Source of the DNA: an uncultured Chloroflexia bacterium
GTDB lineage: Bacteria; Chloroflexota; Limnocylindria; Limnocylindrales; CSP1-4
DNA: 64,000 bases
Direction of reading: 5' to 3'
NCBI GenBank assembly: GCA_963828165.1
Contig: CAWHDR010000001.1
Coordinates: forward strand, 1,664,001 to 1,728,000
This document shows positions 43,581 through 53,275 of this stretch, in pieces (the first letter of the stretch is position 1; each line of letters begins with the position of its first letter). A program made the position numbers and the translations under genes. The notes beneath the pieces were generated by a model. That model made no database searches, was not told the DNA's origin, and saw nothing but the letters and a program-made list of their open reading frames with translations.

Positions 43581-44447
43581 GTGCACGACACCAGCGTCCC
43601 GCCGACCCGCCACGTCACGACCCGCTCCGTCGTGACCGTGCGTGGCGAGACACTCGAAGTCCGCCCCGACCGCATCGTGGGCGAAGCGCCGCTGGAGATC
43701 CGCGCGGCCGGCCCCGACGAGGATCCGGTCGCGGTCGCCGTGACGATGCGGACGCCCGGCCACGAGCCAGACCTCGCCGTCGGATTCCTGCGCACGGAGG
43801 GCCTGATCGACGGCCCCAAGGACGTCGCCTCGACCGAGGGCGGGGACCCCGCGACGCTCAACCAGCCGGACGACACGATCGTCGTGCGTCTCACGCGCCC
43901 GTTCGACGCATCCGCGGTCGCGGAACGCCATTTCGTGGCGACCGCATCATGCGGGATCTGCGGCAAGGCCTCGATCGACGAGATCGCCACTCGCTGCGAG
44001 GCCCTCCCGGATGGGCCGGTCGTGGCTCGTTCGGTGATCCTGGCGCTTCCAGACCTGCTGCGCGCCGCACAGCGCGCCTTCGATCAGACCGGTGGGCTCC
44101 ATGCCGCAGCGCTGTTCAGCCCGCGCGGCGAGCTCATCGAGATCCGCGAGGACGTCGGGCGGCACAACGCCCTCGACAAGGTCGTCGGGTCGCAGCTGCT
44201 CGCGGGCGCGCTGCCCCTTCACGAGCGGATCCTCATGGTCAGTGGGCGGGTCAGCTTCGAGATCGTGCAGAAGGCCGCGGTCGCCGGCGTGCCGATCGTC
44301 TGTGCGGTGTCGGCGCCGTCGGACCTCGCCATCGAGACCGCGGAGCGGCTCGGTGTGACCCTCGTCGGGTTCCTGCGCGGTGACGGCTTCAACGTCTACA
44401 GCCACGATCGCCGCATCGACCTGCACGACCTGACGGGCTGGGGCTGA
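43581..44447 (+). CDS. fdhD: Formate dehydrogenase accessory sulfurtransferase
   Basis: TMRTPG, SCGICG, TGGLHAA, REDVGRHNALDK, SAPS. Confidence 0.95.
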   Translation: MHDTSVPPTRHVTTRSVVTVRGETLEVRPDRIVGEAPLEIRAAGPDEDPVAVAVTMRTPGHEPDLAVGFLRTEGLIDGPKDVASTEGGDPATLNQPDDTIVVRLTRPFDASAVAERHFVATASCGICGKASIDEIATRCEALPDGPVVARSVILALPDLLRAAQRAFDQTGGLHAAALFSPRGELIEIREDVGRHNALDKVVGSQLLAGALPLHERILMVSGRVSFEIVQKAAVAGVPIVCAVSAPSDLAIETAERLGVTLVGFLRGDGFNVYSHDRRIDLHDLTGWG

Positions 44448-44468
44448 GGCGGGCCCGACCCGCCGCGA

Positions 44469-45572
44469 TCAGGCCTGTGGCTTCGGCGGGCGCTCGTTGA
44501 CGAATTCGAACCCGAAGCGACCCTTCACGCACAGGTGGCCCTCGGTCACGGACGAGTCCAGCGGGGACGTGACCTTGAGGATCGTGTCGTCCTGGACGTG
44601 CAGGTCGAGCACGCAGCCCACCCCGCAGTACGGGCAGATGGTGGACGTGACGGTCTGCGCCGACTCGTCCCAGGTCCCCGCGGCGCGCATGTCGTACTCG
44701 GGCTTGGCCATCAATGCGCCCGTCGGGCAGACGCCGATGCAGTTGCCGCAATACACGCACGCCGACTCCGGCAGCGGGACGGCCTGCTCCGTCGAGATCC
44801 GGGCGTCGAACCCGCGCCCGGCGACGGCGATCGCGAACGTGTTCTGGGCGTCCTCGCCGCACGCCTCGACGCACTTGTAGCAGAGGATGCACTTCGAGTA
44901 GTCGCGAACGTACAGGTCGTTGTCGATCTTCGTGGGCTGGGCGACCGTCGCCGCGGCAGCATCGCCTTCGGCGGCGTGGTGATGCCCCGGGGTGCGGTCG
45001 TCGCGCTCCCCGGCAGTGGCGGGGGCGCCCGGAGGTCCGTATCGGGCCGGATCCGCCCCATAGCGATCCATGTAGCTGTGGATGGTCCCGTCCGGCACGG
45101 TCGGGCCGGCCAGCGACACGTCGACGGACGAGCCCAGGAACTCGAGCACGACCTTGCGCGACAGGCGGACCCGCTCCGAATCGGTCTGCACGTCCATCCC
45201 CGGCTCGACCTTGCGAGAGCAGGCCGGCACCAGCACCCGCGAACCCGTGACCTCGACGACGCACACGCGACAGACGTTGACTGGCGTCAGGTTCTCCGCG
45301 TAGCACAGCGTCGGCGTGTCGATGCCCTGCTGACGACAGGCACCCAGGATCGTCGTGCCCTCCGGCACAGCCACCGCAACGCCATCGACCGTCAGCTCGA
45401 CGTCCGGCGGCGCGTCGACGGGCGGAGCGGTCGGTGGACGGGATGGCCGAGCCGGGGGCCTGAGGATGATCTCGGTGAGCGGCTGGGCCGCGGGCGCCTG
45501 CCCGCCGTGTGGCGTGTGCGGATCCGGTGCCGGGTCGCGGCTCATCGACAGGCCGCGCGTATCGTCGCTCAC
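44469..45572 (-). CDS. Formate dehydrogenase Fe-S subunit (2Fe-2S + 2x4Fe-4S + Mo-proximal 4Fe-4S domain)
   Basis: PTLC..CRVCVVE..C, CILCYKC, CVYCGNCIGVCP, CPYCGVGC..LCVKG; GTGA overlap (alt ATG 45545). Confidence 0.88.
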   Translation of the reverse strand: MSDDTRGLSMSRDPAPDPHTPHGGQAPAAQPLTEIILRPPARPSRPPTAPPVDAPPDVELTVDGVAVAVPEGTTILGACRQQGIDTPTLCYAENLTPVNVCRVCVVEVTGSRVLVPACSRKVEPGMDVQTDSERVRLSRKVVLEFLGSSVDVSLAGPTVPDGTIHSYMDRYGADPARYGPPGAPATAGERDDRTPGHHHAAEGDAAAATVAQPTKIDNDLYVRDYSKCILCYKCVEACGEDAQNTFAIAVAGRGFDARISTEQAVPLPESACVYCGNCIGVCPTGALMAKPEYDMRAAGTWDESAQTVTSTICPYCGVGCVLDLHVQDDTILKVTSPLDSSVTEGHLCVKGRFGFEFVNERPPKPQA

Positions 45573-47416
45573 AGCGCCACCAGATCCCGTTGCCGCAGCG
45601 CGGACTCGATCGCCGACGAGGCCGTCTGCCCCAGCCCGCAGATCGAGGCATCGCGCATGGCCTGCCCGATGTCCCGCAGCAGGACGAGCTCCTCGTCTCG
45701 CGAACGCACGCTGGAGCCCGCTGCGAGCCGCGCCAGCAGCTCCTCCTGGCGGACGCTCCCCACGCGACAGGGCACGCACTGGCCACACGACTCGTCGCGG
45801 AAGAACTGGGCGATGCGCCGGAGCGTGTCGACGAGGTCGACGGTCTCGTCGAAGACCATGATCACGCCCGAGCCGAGGGTCGCTGCTGCAGCGCGCGTCG
45901 CCTCGAACGTGAGCGGCATGTCCAGCGCATCGGTCCCGACGAACACGCCCGCCGCACCGCCGAGCAGGATCGCCCGGATGTCGCGACCGCCGCTGACACC
46001 GCCGGCAAGCTCGATGAGGTCGCGCAGCGTGGCCCCGAATTCGACCTCGTAGACGCCGGGCCGCTCGATGTGCCCGGACAGGCAGAAGAGCTTCGGCCCG
46101 GTCGAGCTCTCGGTGCCGATGCGCGCGTAGGCCTCCCCGCCCATCTCGAGGACGAGCGCGATGTTGGCCAGCGTCTCGACGTTGTTGACGACCGTCGGCT
46201 TGCCGAACAAACCGACCTCGACCGGGAACGGCGGCTTGTTGCGCGGCTCGCCGCGCTTGCCCTCGATCGACTCGAAGAGCGCCGTTTCCTCGCCACAGAT
46301 GTACGCGCCGGCGCCACGCCGGACCTCGACGTCGAACGTGAAACCCGAACCGAGGATGTCCGGCCCGAGCAGCCCGGCATCGCGCGCGGCTCCGATCGCA
46401 TGGCGAACTCGGGCCTCCGCCTCCGGGTACTCACCACGGATGTAGAGGTAGCCGAGGCGTGACCCGGTCGCGAACGCCGCGATCGTCATCGACTCCACGA
46501 TGGCGAACGGGTCGCCTTCCAGGAGCACACGATCCTTGAACGTGCCGGGCTCCGACTCATCCGCGTTGCAGACCAGGTAGTGGGGCTGGGCGGGCTGGCT
46601 CGCCACCGCGGCCCACTTCCGACCGGTCGGGAACGCCGCACCGCCGCGGCCCATCAGCTTCGAGGCGGTGACCTCGGCGACCACGGCTTCGGGGCCGATC
46701 TCGAGGGCCTTCGCGAGCGCGCTGTACCCGCCGCTGGCCCGGTAGTCGTCCAGGGAGCCAGGATCGACGACGCCGATCCGTCGCAGGAGACGAACGCCGG
46801 AGTCGCCGGCTTGCCGGGCGGCGAGCGGGGGGCGCGTCACGGTCGTCCCGTCCAGCCGCTTGAGGATCCCGGCGGCGTCGACCGGGGCTGCGGACGTGAC
46901 GGTCGCCGGGTCGCCCGCGCTGGTGATCATGGCCGCCGGCGCGAGGTCGCACAGGCCCAGGCACGGCGAGCGCAACCAACCGACCCGCCCGTCGCGAGCC
47001 GCCTCGCCCGCCGGCCCCACGGCTCGCGCCAGGTCGTCGCAGATCCGCTCCGCCCCCGCGATCCGGCAGGCGATGTCGTCGCAGACATGGGCCACCACGG
47101 GCGGCCGCGGTTTCGTCGAGTACAGCGCATAGAACGTGGCGACGCCGTAGGCCTCCGCGGGCGGCACTGCCAACCGTCGCGAGATGTAGTTCAGGGCGGG
47201 CTGGCTGATCCAGCCGACCCGATCCTGGACCGCATGAAGGGCCGGCAGCAGCTGCGAGCGCCTGGCACGGATCGCGTGGCCGCCACGGGCCGCATGCCCC
47301 TCGGTGCCCGGGCGTCGCGCCCCGCCCACCCAGCCCGACTCCGGCGGCCCAAGGACGCTGTCGACCGCCGCGCGCTCGGCGGGAGATGCGAGCGGCCCGA
47401 TGACGTGCAGGTCCAT
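45569..47416 (-). CDS. NuoE-NuoF-like fused diaphorase (NAD-binding) subunit of formate dehydrogenase
   Basis: CDDIAC..CLGLC, GRGGAAFPTG, NADESEPGTFKDR, GAGAYICGEET, SCGQCVPCR..CGLG. Confidence 0.9.
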   Translation of the reverse strand: MDLHVIGPLASPAERAAVDSVLGPPESGWVGGARRPGTEGHAARGGHAIRARRSQLLPALHAVQDRVGWISQPALNYISRRLAVPPAEAYGVATFYALYSTKPRPPVVAHVCDDIACRIAGAERICDDLARAVGPAGEAARDGRVGWLRSPCLGLCDLAPAAMITSAGDPATVTSAAPVDAAGILKRLDGTTVTRPPLAARQAGDSGVRLLRRIGVVDPGSLDDYRASGGYSALAKALEIGPEAVVAEVTASKLMGRGGAAFPTGRKWAAVASQPAQPHYLVCNADESEPGTFKDRVLLEGDPFAIVESMTIAAFATGSRLGYLYIRGEYPEAEARVRHAIGAARDAGLLGPDILGSGFTFDVEVRRGAGAYICGEETALFESIEGKRGEPRNKPPFPVEVGLFGKPTVVNNVETLANIALVLEMGGEAYARIGTESSTGPKLFCLSGHIERPGVYEVEFGATLRDLIELAGGVSGGRDIRAILLGGAAGVFVGTDALDMPLTFEATRAAAATLGSGVIMVFDETVDLVDTLRRIAQFFRDESCGQCVPCRVGSVRQEELLARLAAGSSVRSRDEELVLLRDIGQAMRDASICGLGQTASSAIESALRQRDLVAL

Positions 47417-47482
47417 CGCGGTCGAGTGTAGCCACGTCAAGCCCCGATGGCTGCGTGGGTTGCCGCCATCCGAGGACCTGCC

Positions 47483-48349
47483 TCAGCTGGGTGTCGCGTC
47501 AACCTCCACTGGTGCGACGTAGAGCACGCGCACGTCAAGCGGCTCATTGCGTCCCCTGAGGTTGAGCGTCCTGGTTTCCGAGGTCTCGGCGAGGCCTGCC
47601 CGTAACGCCGCGTCCTCGCTTACCAGGATCTCACCGGTCGCGGCCGCGGAAGCGAGCCGAGCCGTCACGTTCACGGTGTCCCCGATGGCGGTGAAGTCCG
47701 TCACGGCGTCGCCGATCGCGCCGACATAGGCCGTCCCGGTATGAACCCCGACACCGACCGGGATCCACGGCCCATCCGTCTGCAGGTGTCCGGTCGCCCG
47801 GAGGACGTCACGTGCCGCCTCGATCCCGCGGCTTGCGTGATCGGCACTGGCGAGGGCCGGGATGAACAGCGCCACGACTTCGTCACCGACGAACTTGTCG
47901 ATGACAGCGTCGTGCGCCAGGAGCACCTTCGTCATCTCGTGGTAGAAGCGATCGAGCAAGCCTCTGAACGCGCGCGTCCCCATCGACTCGGCAAAAGCCG
48001 TGGAGCCTCGGACGTCGGCGAACAGGAGTGTCAGCTCGATCTCGGCCCCGCCGTGGGCGCGCTCGAGCTGTTTGAAGCAGAACCCACAGATGCTCGGGTT
48101 CTTCTGCCACGGTCCCCGATCGAACATGCGGAATACCGGCGCGCCGAACCCGTGGAAAGGTGCCGAGCACAACTTGCAGCGCGGCGAACTCGGGATCAGG
48201 CGGAAGAACCGACGTCCCGCGGCGAAGTCGCCGGATTCGCCCTTCAAGATCGCACCCCACTGCGGATCGGAGATGAGCGAGTTTTCAGGCGGTTCGGCGT
48301 CGTCGGGGGCCGCGAGACGGTTCGTGGACTCTGGTGGCGTTTCGCGCAT
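47483..48349 (-). CDS. Class III adenylate/guanylate cyclase with N-terminal CxxC..CxxC motif
   Basis: CKLC, CGFC; FADVRGST, DKFVGDE, TAIGDTVNVTARL. Confidence 0.9.
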   Translation of the reverse strand: MRETPPESTNRLAAPDDAEPPENSLISDPQWGAILKGESGDFAAGRRFFRLIPSSPRCKLCSAPFHGFGAPVFRMFDRGPWQKNPSICGFCFKQLERAHGGAEIELTLLFADVRGSTAFAESMGTRAFRGLLDRFYHEMTKVLLAHDAVIDKFVGDEVVALFIPALASADHASRGIEAARDVLRATGHLQTDGPWIPVGVGVHTGTAYVGAIGDAVTDFTAIGDTVNVTARLASAAATGEILVSEDAALRAGLAETSETRTLNLRGRNEPLDVRVLYVAPVEVDATPS

Positions 48350-48362
48350 CTCACTCCCGGCG

Positions 48363-48394
48363 GCCTCCGCGATCGAAACCGTCCGCGGAGGTCG
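48363..48394 (-). terminator. Hairpin downstream of the FDH catalytic gene
   Basis: GGCCTCCGCG-N12-CGCGGAGGTC. Confidence 0.45.
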
Positions 48395-48418
48395 ACCCTG
48401 AATCTACGCCCGCGCTCC

Positions 48419-50332
48419 TCAGGCCGGGACGGCTGCCTCGAGCTTCTCGATGCGGATGGCGGTGGCCTTGAACTCGGCGGTGCCGGACTTCGGGTCCGTG
48501 GCGTCGATGGTCAGGAGGTTCGTGGCCACGTCGTCCTGGAAGTGCAGGGTCATGAACGTGAGTCCGGGCCGGAGCGATTCGTCGACGCGGACCGGCACCT
48601 CCACCTGGCCGCGGCGGGACACGACGCGCACCCGTTCGCCGTCGGCCAGGCCGTGCGCGGCGAGGTCCTCCGGCGAGATATCGAGCGACTCGCCGCGCCG
48701 AAGGGGCGATGTGTAGCCCCCGCTCTGGACCCCGGTGTTGTAGGAGTCCAGCCGACGCCCCGTCGTGAGCCGGATCGGGTACTCCGTCGTGAGCTTGTCG
48801 ACGGGCGGGTCGTGGTCCACCGGCACGAACGGCACGCGGTTGCCGGGGACGGGGTCCTCCCATAGCCGCGAGTGCAGGAACAGCTCGCCCGGGTGGTCCT
48901 CGTCGTAGCACGGCCACTGGAGCCCGCCGAGCTCCTCGAGCCGGCGGTAGCTCATGCCGGCGTGGACCGGCGACAGCCGCCGGACCTCCTCCCAGACGTC
49001 CTCGGCCCTGGGCTCGCCCCACGCGCCGCCCATGCGGTTGGCGAGCTCGAAGATGATGTCCAGGTCGTCGCGCGCACCTGGAGGTGGCGCCACGGCGGCA
49101 CGTACCCGCTGGACGCGCCGCTCGGAATTGGTGACGGTGCCCTCACTCTCGGCCCAGGCCGCGGTGGCGGGGAGAACGACGTCGGCCAACGCGGCCGTCT
49201 TCGTGAGAAACAGATCCTGGACCACGAGCGTGTCCAGGCCCTCGAGCAGGCCGATCGCCCGCTTCTGATCCGCCTCCGACTGGACGGGGTTCTCGCCGAT
49301 GCAGTAGACCGCCGTGAGATCGCCCCGTTCCATCGCATCGAACATCCCGGACAGGTGCCAGCCGCGCTGCGGCGGCACCGTGACGCCCCAGGCTTGATCG
49401 AACTTCGCCCGGAGTTCGTCGTTCTCGACGTGCTGGAACCCCGGCAACCGGTCGGGCAGGGCACCCATGTCACCGCCGCCCTGGACGTTGTTCTGGCCAC
49501 GGAGCGGGTTCACGCCGCTGCCATAGCGCCCGACGTGCCCGGTCAGCAGGACGAGTGAGATGAGCGCGAGCACGTTGTCGACCGCGTTGTGGTGCTCGGT
49601 GATGCCGAGGGTCCAGCAGATCATCGCCCTGGGCGCCTGCGCGAAGGCGTGGGCCAGCTCCCGGATGGCCTCGGCCGGGACACCCGTCTCCTCCTCGGCG
49701 TATTCGAGCGTGTAGCTCTCGACCTTGGCCTTGTACGCCTCGAAATCGACCGTGGCGCGCTCGATGAACTTGCGGTCCTCGAGGCCGGCGGCGATGATCT
49801 CGCGCGCCATCGCGTTGGCAAGCGCGATGTCCGATCCGACGTCGAGCCCGAGCCAGCCGTCGGCCCATTCCGCCGACGAGGTCCGGCGCGGATCGATGGC
49901 GTACAGACGGGCGCCCTTGTGGACCGCCTTGAGGACGTGATGGAAGAAGATCGGATGTGTCTCGCGGGCGTTACTGCCCCAGAGGACGATCAGATCGGCG
50001 TCCTCGGCCTCACGATATGAATTTGTGCCGCCACCGGCACCGAACACGGTCGCCAGACCGGCGACGCTCGGAGCGTGTCAGGTCCGGTTGCAGCTGTCGA
50101 TGTTGTTGCTGCCCAGGACCGCCCGGCTGAACTTCTGGGCTGCGAAGTTGACCTCATTGGTCGCCTTGCTGCAGCTGAAGGTGCCGAAGGTCGTCGAGCC
50201 GTGAGCCGCCTTCGCGGCCGCGAACCCTTGGACCACGCGATCGAGCGCTTCGTCCCAGGTCGCGGGACGGAGCTCGCCCCCCTTCGTGTCGCGCACGAGG
50301 GGCTGGGTCAGTCGCACGTAGGGCTTCGCCAC
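48419..50332 (-). CDS. fdhF: Selenocysteine-containing formate dehydrogenase catalytic (Mo/W-bisPGD) subunit
   Basis: ORFs 50078-50332 and 48419-50047 are in frame across TGA 50080-50078: IDSCNRT-U-HAPSVAGL; LRGQNNVQG, TNSERRVQ, EFK; sel genes adjacent. Confidence 0.93.
50045..50077 (-). promoter_or_regulatory. Bacterial SECIS element
   Basis: UGA CACG CUCCGAGC GUCGCC-GGUCU-GGCGAC CGUG; upper stem begins 12 nt after UGA, GGUCU apex like E. coli fdhF. Confidence 0.88.
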
Positions 50333-50397
50333 GGGCGATGGCCTCCTGCGGGGGTTGACCTCCGGAGTGTACCGCGGGGTGGCCTGCGGGCGATCCG

Positions 50398-50583
50398 TCA
50401 GGGAGCCGAAGGCTGGGCGGTGATCCCCGGCACGGGGTCCACCGGGTCAAGGCCTCGCCCGAAGTCGGTCTTCAAGGCGGCGCTGTAGGCCAGCCAGACG
50501 AAGATGACGCCGGCGACGCTCAACACGAGCATCAGGATGGCGCCACGGTACGAGGACGGGGTGTAGGGATCGGGGGAGCTCAT
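50398..50583 (-). CDS. Small single-TM membrane protein (61 aa)
   Basis: One hydrophobic helix, fills gap between selD and fdh, GC3-rich codons. Confidence 0.6.
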   Translation of the reverse strand: MSSPDPYTPSSYRGAILMLVLSVAGVIFVWLAYSAALKTDFGRGLDPVDPVPGITAQPSAP

Positions 50584-50647
50584 CGGCGAGGTATGCGCCG
50601 ACAGGGTGGCAGTGTCAAGGCGGACGGCGATCGATCGGACGGGAGCA

Positions 50648-51707
50648 CTAGCGAAGTCGAAGCCCGGTGCCCTCGGTGACGTTGCCCACGATCCACGCCT
50701 GGACCCCGGCGTCCCGGAGGGCGTCCACGATGGACCCCACCTGGTCCGGGGATACAGCGGCCAGCAACCCTCCGCTGGTCTGGGGGTCGTGGGCGAGCGT
50801 GACGAGAGCGGGGTCGACGCCGTCGGCGACCTCGAGCGCGTCCGCCACGAAGCGTCGGTTGTGGGCAGCGCCGCCGGTCTCCACGCCGGCCGCGGCCAGT
50901 CCCACCGCCCCCGGCAGGGCAGGCAGGGCCGACGCCTCGAAGACGAAGCGCGTGCCGGACGCCCGAGCCATCTCGAGGCCGTGGCCCAGCAGCCCGAAGC
51001 CGGTCACGTCCGTGGCGGCGACGATGCCGTGGTCGACAAGGGCTACGGACGCCGCCCGGTTGAGGGTCCGCATCTGCTCGATGGCCGTCGCCAGGTCCAC
51101 CTCGCTCGTCCGGCCGCCCCGCGCTCCCGAAACCAGGACGCCGGTCCCCAGGCGCTTGGTCAGGATCAGGATGTCGCCTGGCTTCGCTCCACCCTTGCGC
51201 AGCAGCTTGTCGGGGTGGGCCGCCCCGATCACCGCGAGCCCGTACTTGGGCTCCGGATCCCGGATCGTGTGGCCGCCGGCGAGCGTGCCGCCGGCTTCAC
51301 GCACCTTCGATGACGCGCCCTCGAAGATGGCGGCCAGCACATCCCGTTGGCAGCTCCTCGGGAAACGCGGCGATCGACAGCGCGAACAGCACGCGCCCGC
51401 CCATCGCGAACACGTCGCTCAGCGCGTTGGCCGCCGCGATCTCGCCGAACGTCCGCGGGTCGTCCACGAGCGGCGGGAAGAAGTCCAGCGTGCCGATGAT
51501 CGCGAGGTCGTCGCTGACGCGATACGCGGCAGCGTCATCGGGGGGGTCCAGGCCCGCGATGAGGTTCCCCGGCGCATCGAGCGCCGCCTCGGCACCGAGG
51601 CCGCTGAGCGCATCCGCCAGCAGGTCCGCCCCGAGCTTGGCGGCGCAGCCACCGCAATCGGTCAACGTGGTGAGGCGCAGCGGCGGCGGGGCGTCGAGCG
51701 TGGTCAC
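50648..51707 (-). pseudogene. selD: Selenide,water dikinase with a single +1 frameshift near 51343-51348 (real lesion or sequencing error)
   Basis: 5' part CGGCAAK, DDAA, DFF, ANALSDVFAMGG; 3' part GGHT, TDVTGFGLLGH, DPQTSGGLL; removing 1 nt from CCAACGGGATGTG restores FPEELP(T/R)DVLAAIF. Confidence 0.88.
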
Positions 51708-51772
51708 TCGCCGATGATAGGTCCGAACCCGCAGGGAGGGCCGATCCTCCCCCGCGCGCTACCATCGAGCGT

Positions 51773-51869
51773 GGGAGCGGAGGGGTCCCGGTGGGTCCCC
51801 CGGTCTTCAAAACCGGTGGCGCCGCGCTCGGCGTGGCGCGGTGGGTTCGACTCCCACGCGCTCCCGCCA
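51773..51869 (+). tRNA. selC: tRNA-Sec (anticodon UCA)
   Basis: 6-bp D stem with 4-nt loop, CCGGT-CTTCAAA-ACCGG, long variable arm, GTGGG-TTCGACT-CCCAC, G73-CCA; directly upstream of selA. Confidence 0.96.
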
Positions 51870-51889
51870 CGCGCCGCCATGGAGACCGG

Positions 51890-53275
51890 ATGTCAACGAA
51901 ACAGGCCGCCCGGCCGCGTCCCCCCAGCGTCGAGCGCGTTCTGGCGCGCGTCCGTGACCGCCTGGGCGGTCCGCGCGAGGCCGCGCCGGTGCTGGCGGCG
52001 ACACGGGGGGTCATCGATGACGAGCGCGAGCGTCTCGGGGCCGATGGCTCGGCGCCACGCGACGTCGACGAACTGGCGGCGATGGTCGTGGACCGCCTGG
52101 ACGCCTTTGCGGGGCGGGTCGTCACCGCCCCGACGGCCGTCATCAATGCCACCGGCGTCATCGTCCACACCAATCTCGGACGGGCACCCTGGCCGGCGGT
52201 CGTGGTCGAGGCGGCCGCCGAGCTCGCGACGGGCTACCTGCTCCTCGAGCTGGACCGTGAGACTGGACGTCGCGGCGCACGCGCGCGCATCGCGGAGGAG
52301 CACCTCGTCGCCTTGACCGGAGCGGAGGACGCACTCGTCACGAACAACAATGCCGCGGCGCTGGCGCTCGCCGTCGGACTCGCCGGCAGGAACGGCGTGG
52401 TCGTGTCGCGTGGGGAGCTCGTCGAGATCGGTGGCGGCGTGCGGATCCCGGACATCGTTCGGCGGGCCGGCGCCAAGCTCATCGAGGTCGGGACCACGAA
52501 CCGGACGCGGGCCGACGACTTCGAAGCGCCGCTGACGGAAGGTCGGGCACGCGCCGTCCTGCGCGTCCATCCATCGAACTTCACGATGTCCGGGTTCATC
52601 GAAACGCCAGACCCGGCGGCCGTCGCCGAGCTCGCCCATCGCCACGGCGCGATCGTCATCGACGACCTCGGGTCGGGCGCGCTCATCGACACGGCCCCCT
52701 ACGGGCTGACCCATGAACCCCTGCCGTCCGAGCGCCTGGCGGCCGGCGCCGACATCGTGACGTTCAGCGGCGACAAGCTCGTCGGCGGGCCGCAGGCCGG
52801 CCTGGTGATCGGACGCGCGGACCTCATCGCGAAGATGCGACGCGATCCACTGGCCCGCGCGATGCGCCCCGACAAGCTCACGATGGCAGGCGTGGCGTTG
52901 ACGCTGGGCCTCTACCGCGCTGGACGGGCCACGAGCGACATCCCGGTCTGGCGGATGATCTCGACGCCGCTTCCGACGCTCCGTGGGCGGGCGGAGGCGC
53001 TGCGGTCGCGTCTCGGGGACGGCGTCGACGTCGTCGACCTGCGCTCCACGGTCGGCGGCGGCTCGTTGCCCGGCGAGACCCTCCCGTCCGTCGGCCTGGC
53101 GGTCCGCGCCCGGCCGGCGACGCGGGCGCTCACGGCGCTGCGACGGAGCGATCCACCGGTCATCGGCCGCATCGAGGACGATCGGGTCGTGCTGGACCTG
53201 CGCACCGTGGAGCCCGATCGGGACGAGGACCTGGCCGCCGCCATCGAGCACGCGCTCGCTGCCGTCGGACGATGA
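51890..53275 (+). CDS. selA: L-seryl-tRNA(Sec) selenium transferase
   Basis: INATGVIVHTNLGRA, NNNAAA, SRGELVEIGG, EVGTTNRT, FSGDKLVGGPQAG. Confidence 0.96.
   Translation: MSTKQAARPRPPSVERVLARVRDRLGGPREAAPVLAATRGVIDDERERLGADGSAPRDVDELAAMVVDRLDAFAGRVVTAPTAVINATGVIVHTNLGRAPWPAVVVEAAAELATGYLLLELDRETGRRGARARIAEEHLVALTGAEDALVTNNNAAALALAVGLAGRNGVVVSRGELVEIGGGVRIPDIVRRAGAKLIEVGTTNRTRADDFEAPLTEGRARAVLRVHPSNFTMSGFIETPDPAAVAELAHRHGAIVIDDLGSGALIDTAPYGLTHEPLPSERLAAGADIVTFSGDKLVGGPQAGLVIGRADLIAKMRRDPLARAMRPDKLTMAGVALTLGLYRAGRATSDIPVWRMISTPLPTLRGRAEALRSRLGDGVDVVDLRSTVGGGSLPGETLPSVGLAVRARPATRALTALRRSDPPVIGRIEDDRVVLDLRTVEPDRDEDLAAAIEHALAAVGR

Noticed and set aside
45569-47416. Respiratory complex I operon
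   Set aside because: No membrane nuo genes; context indicates the FDH diaphorase module
50078-50332. FDH pseudogene or separate 84-aa gene
   Set aside because: The TGA is at the Sec position and is followed by a SECIS
51640-51665. Selenocysteine in SelD
   Set aside because: The codons are TGC (Cys); there is no in-frame TGA
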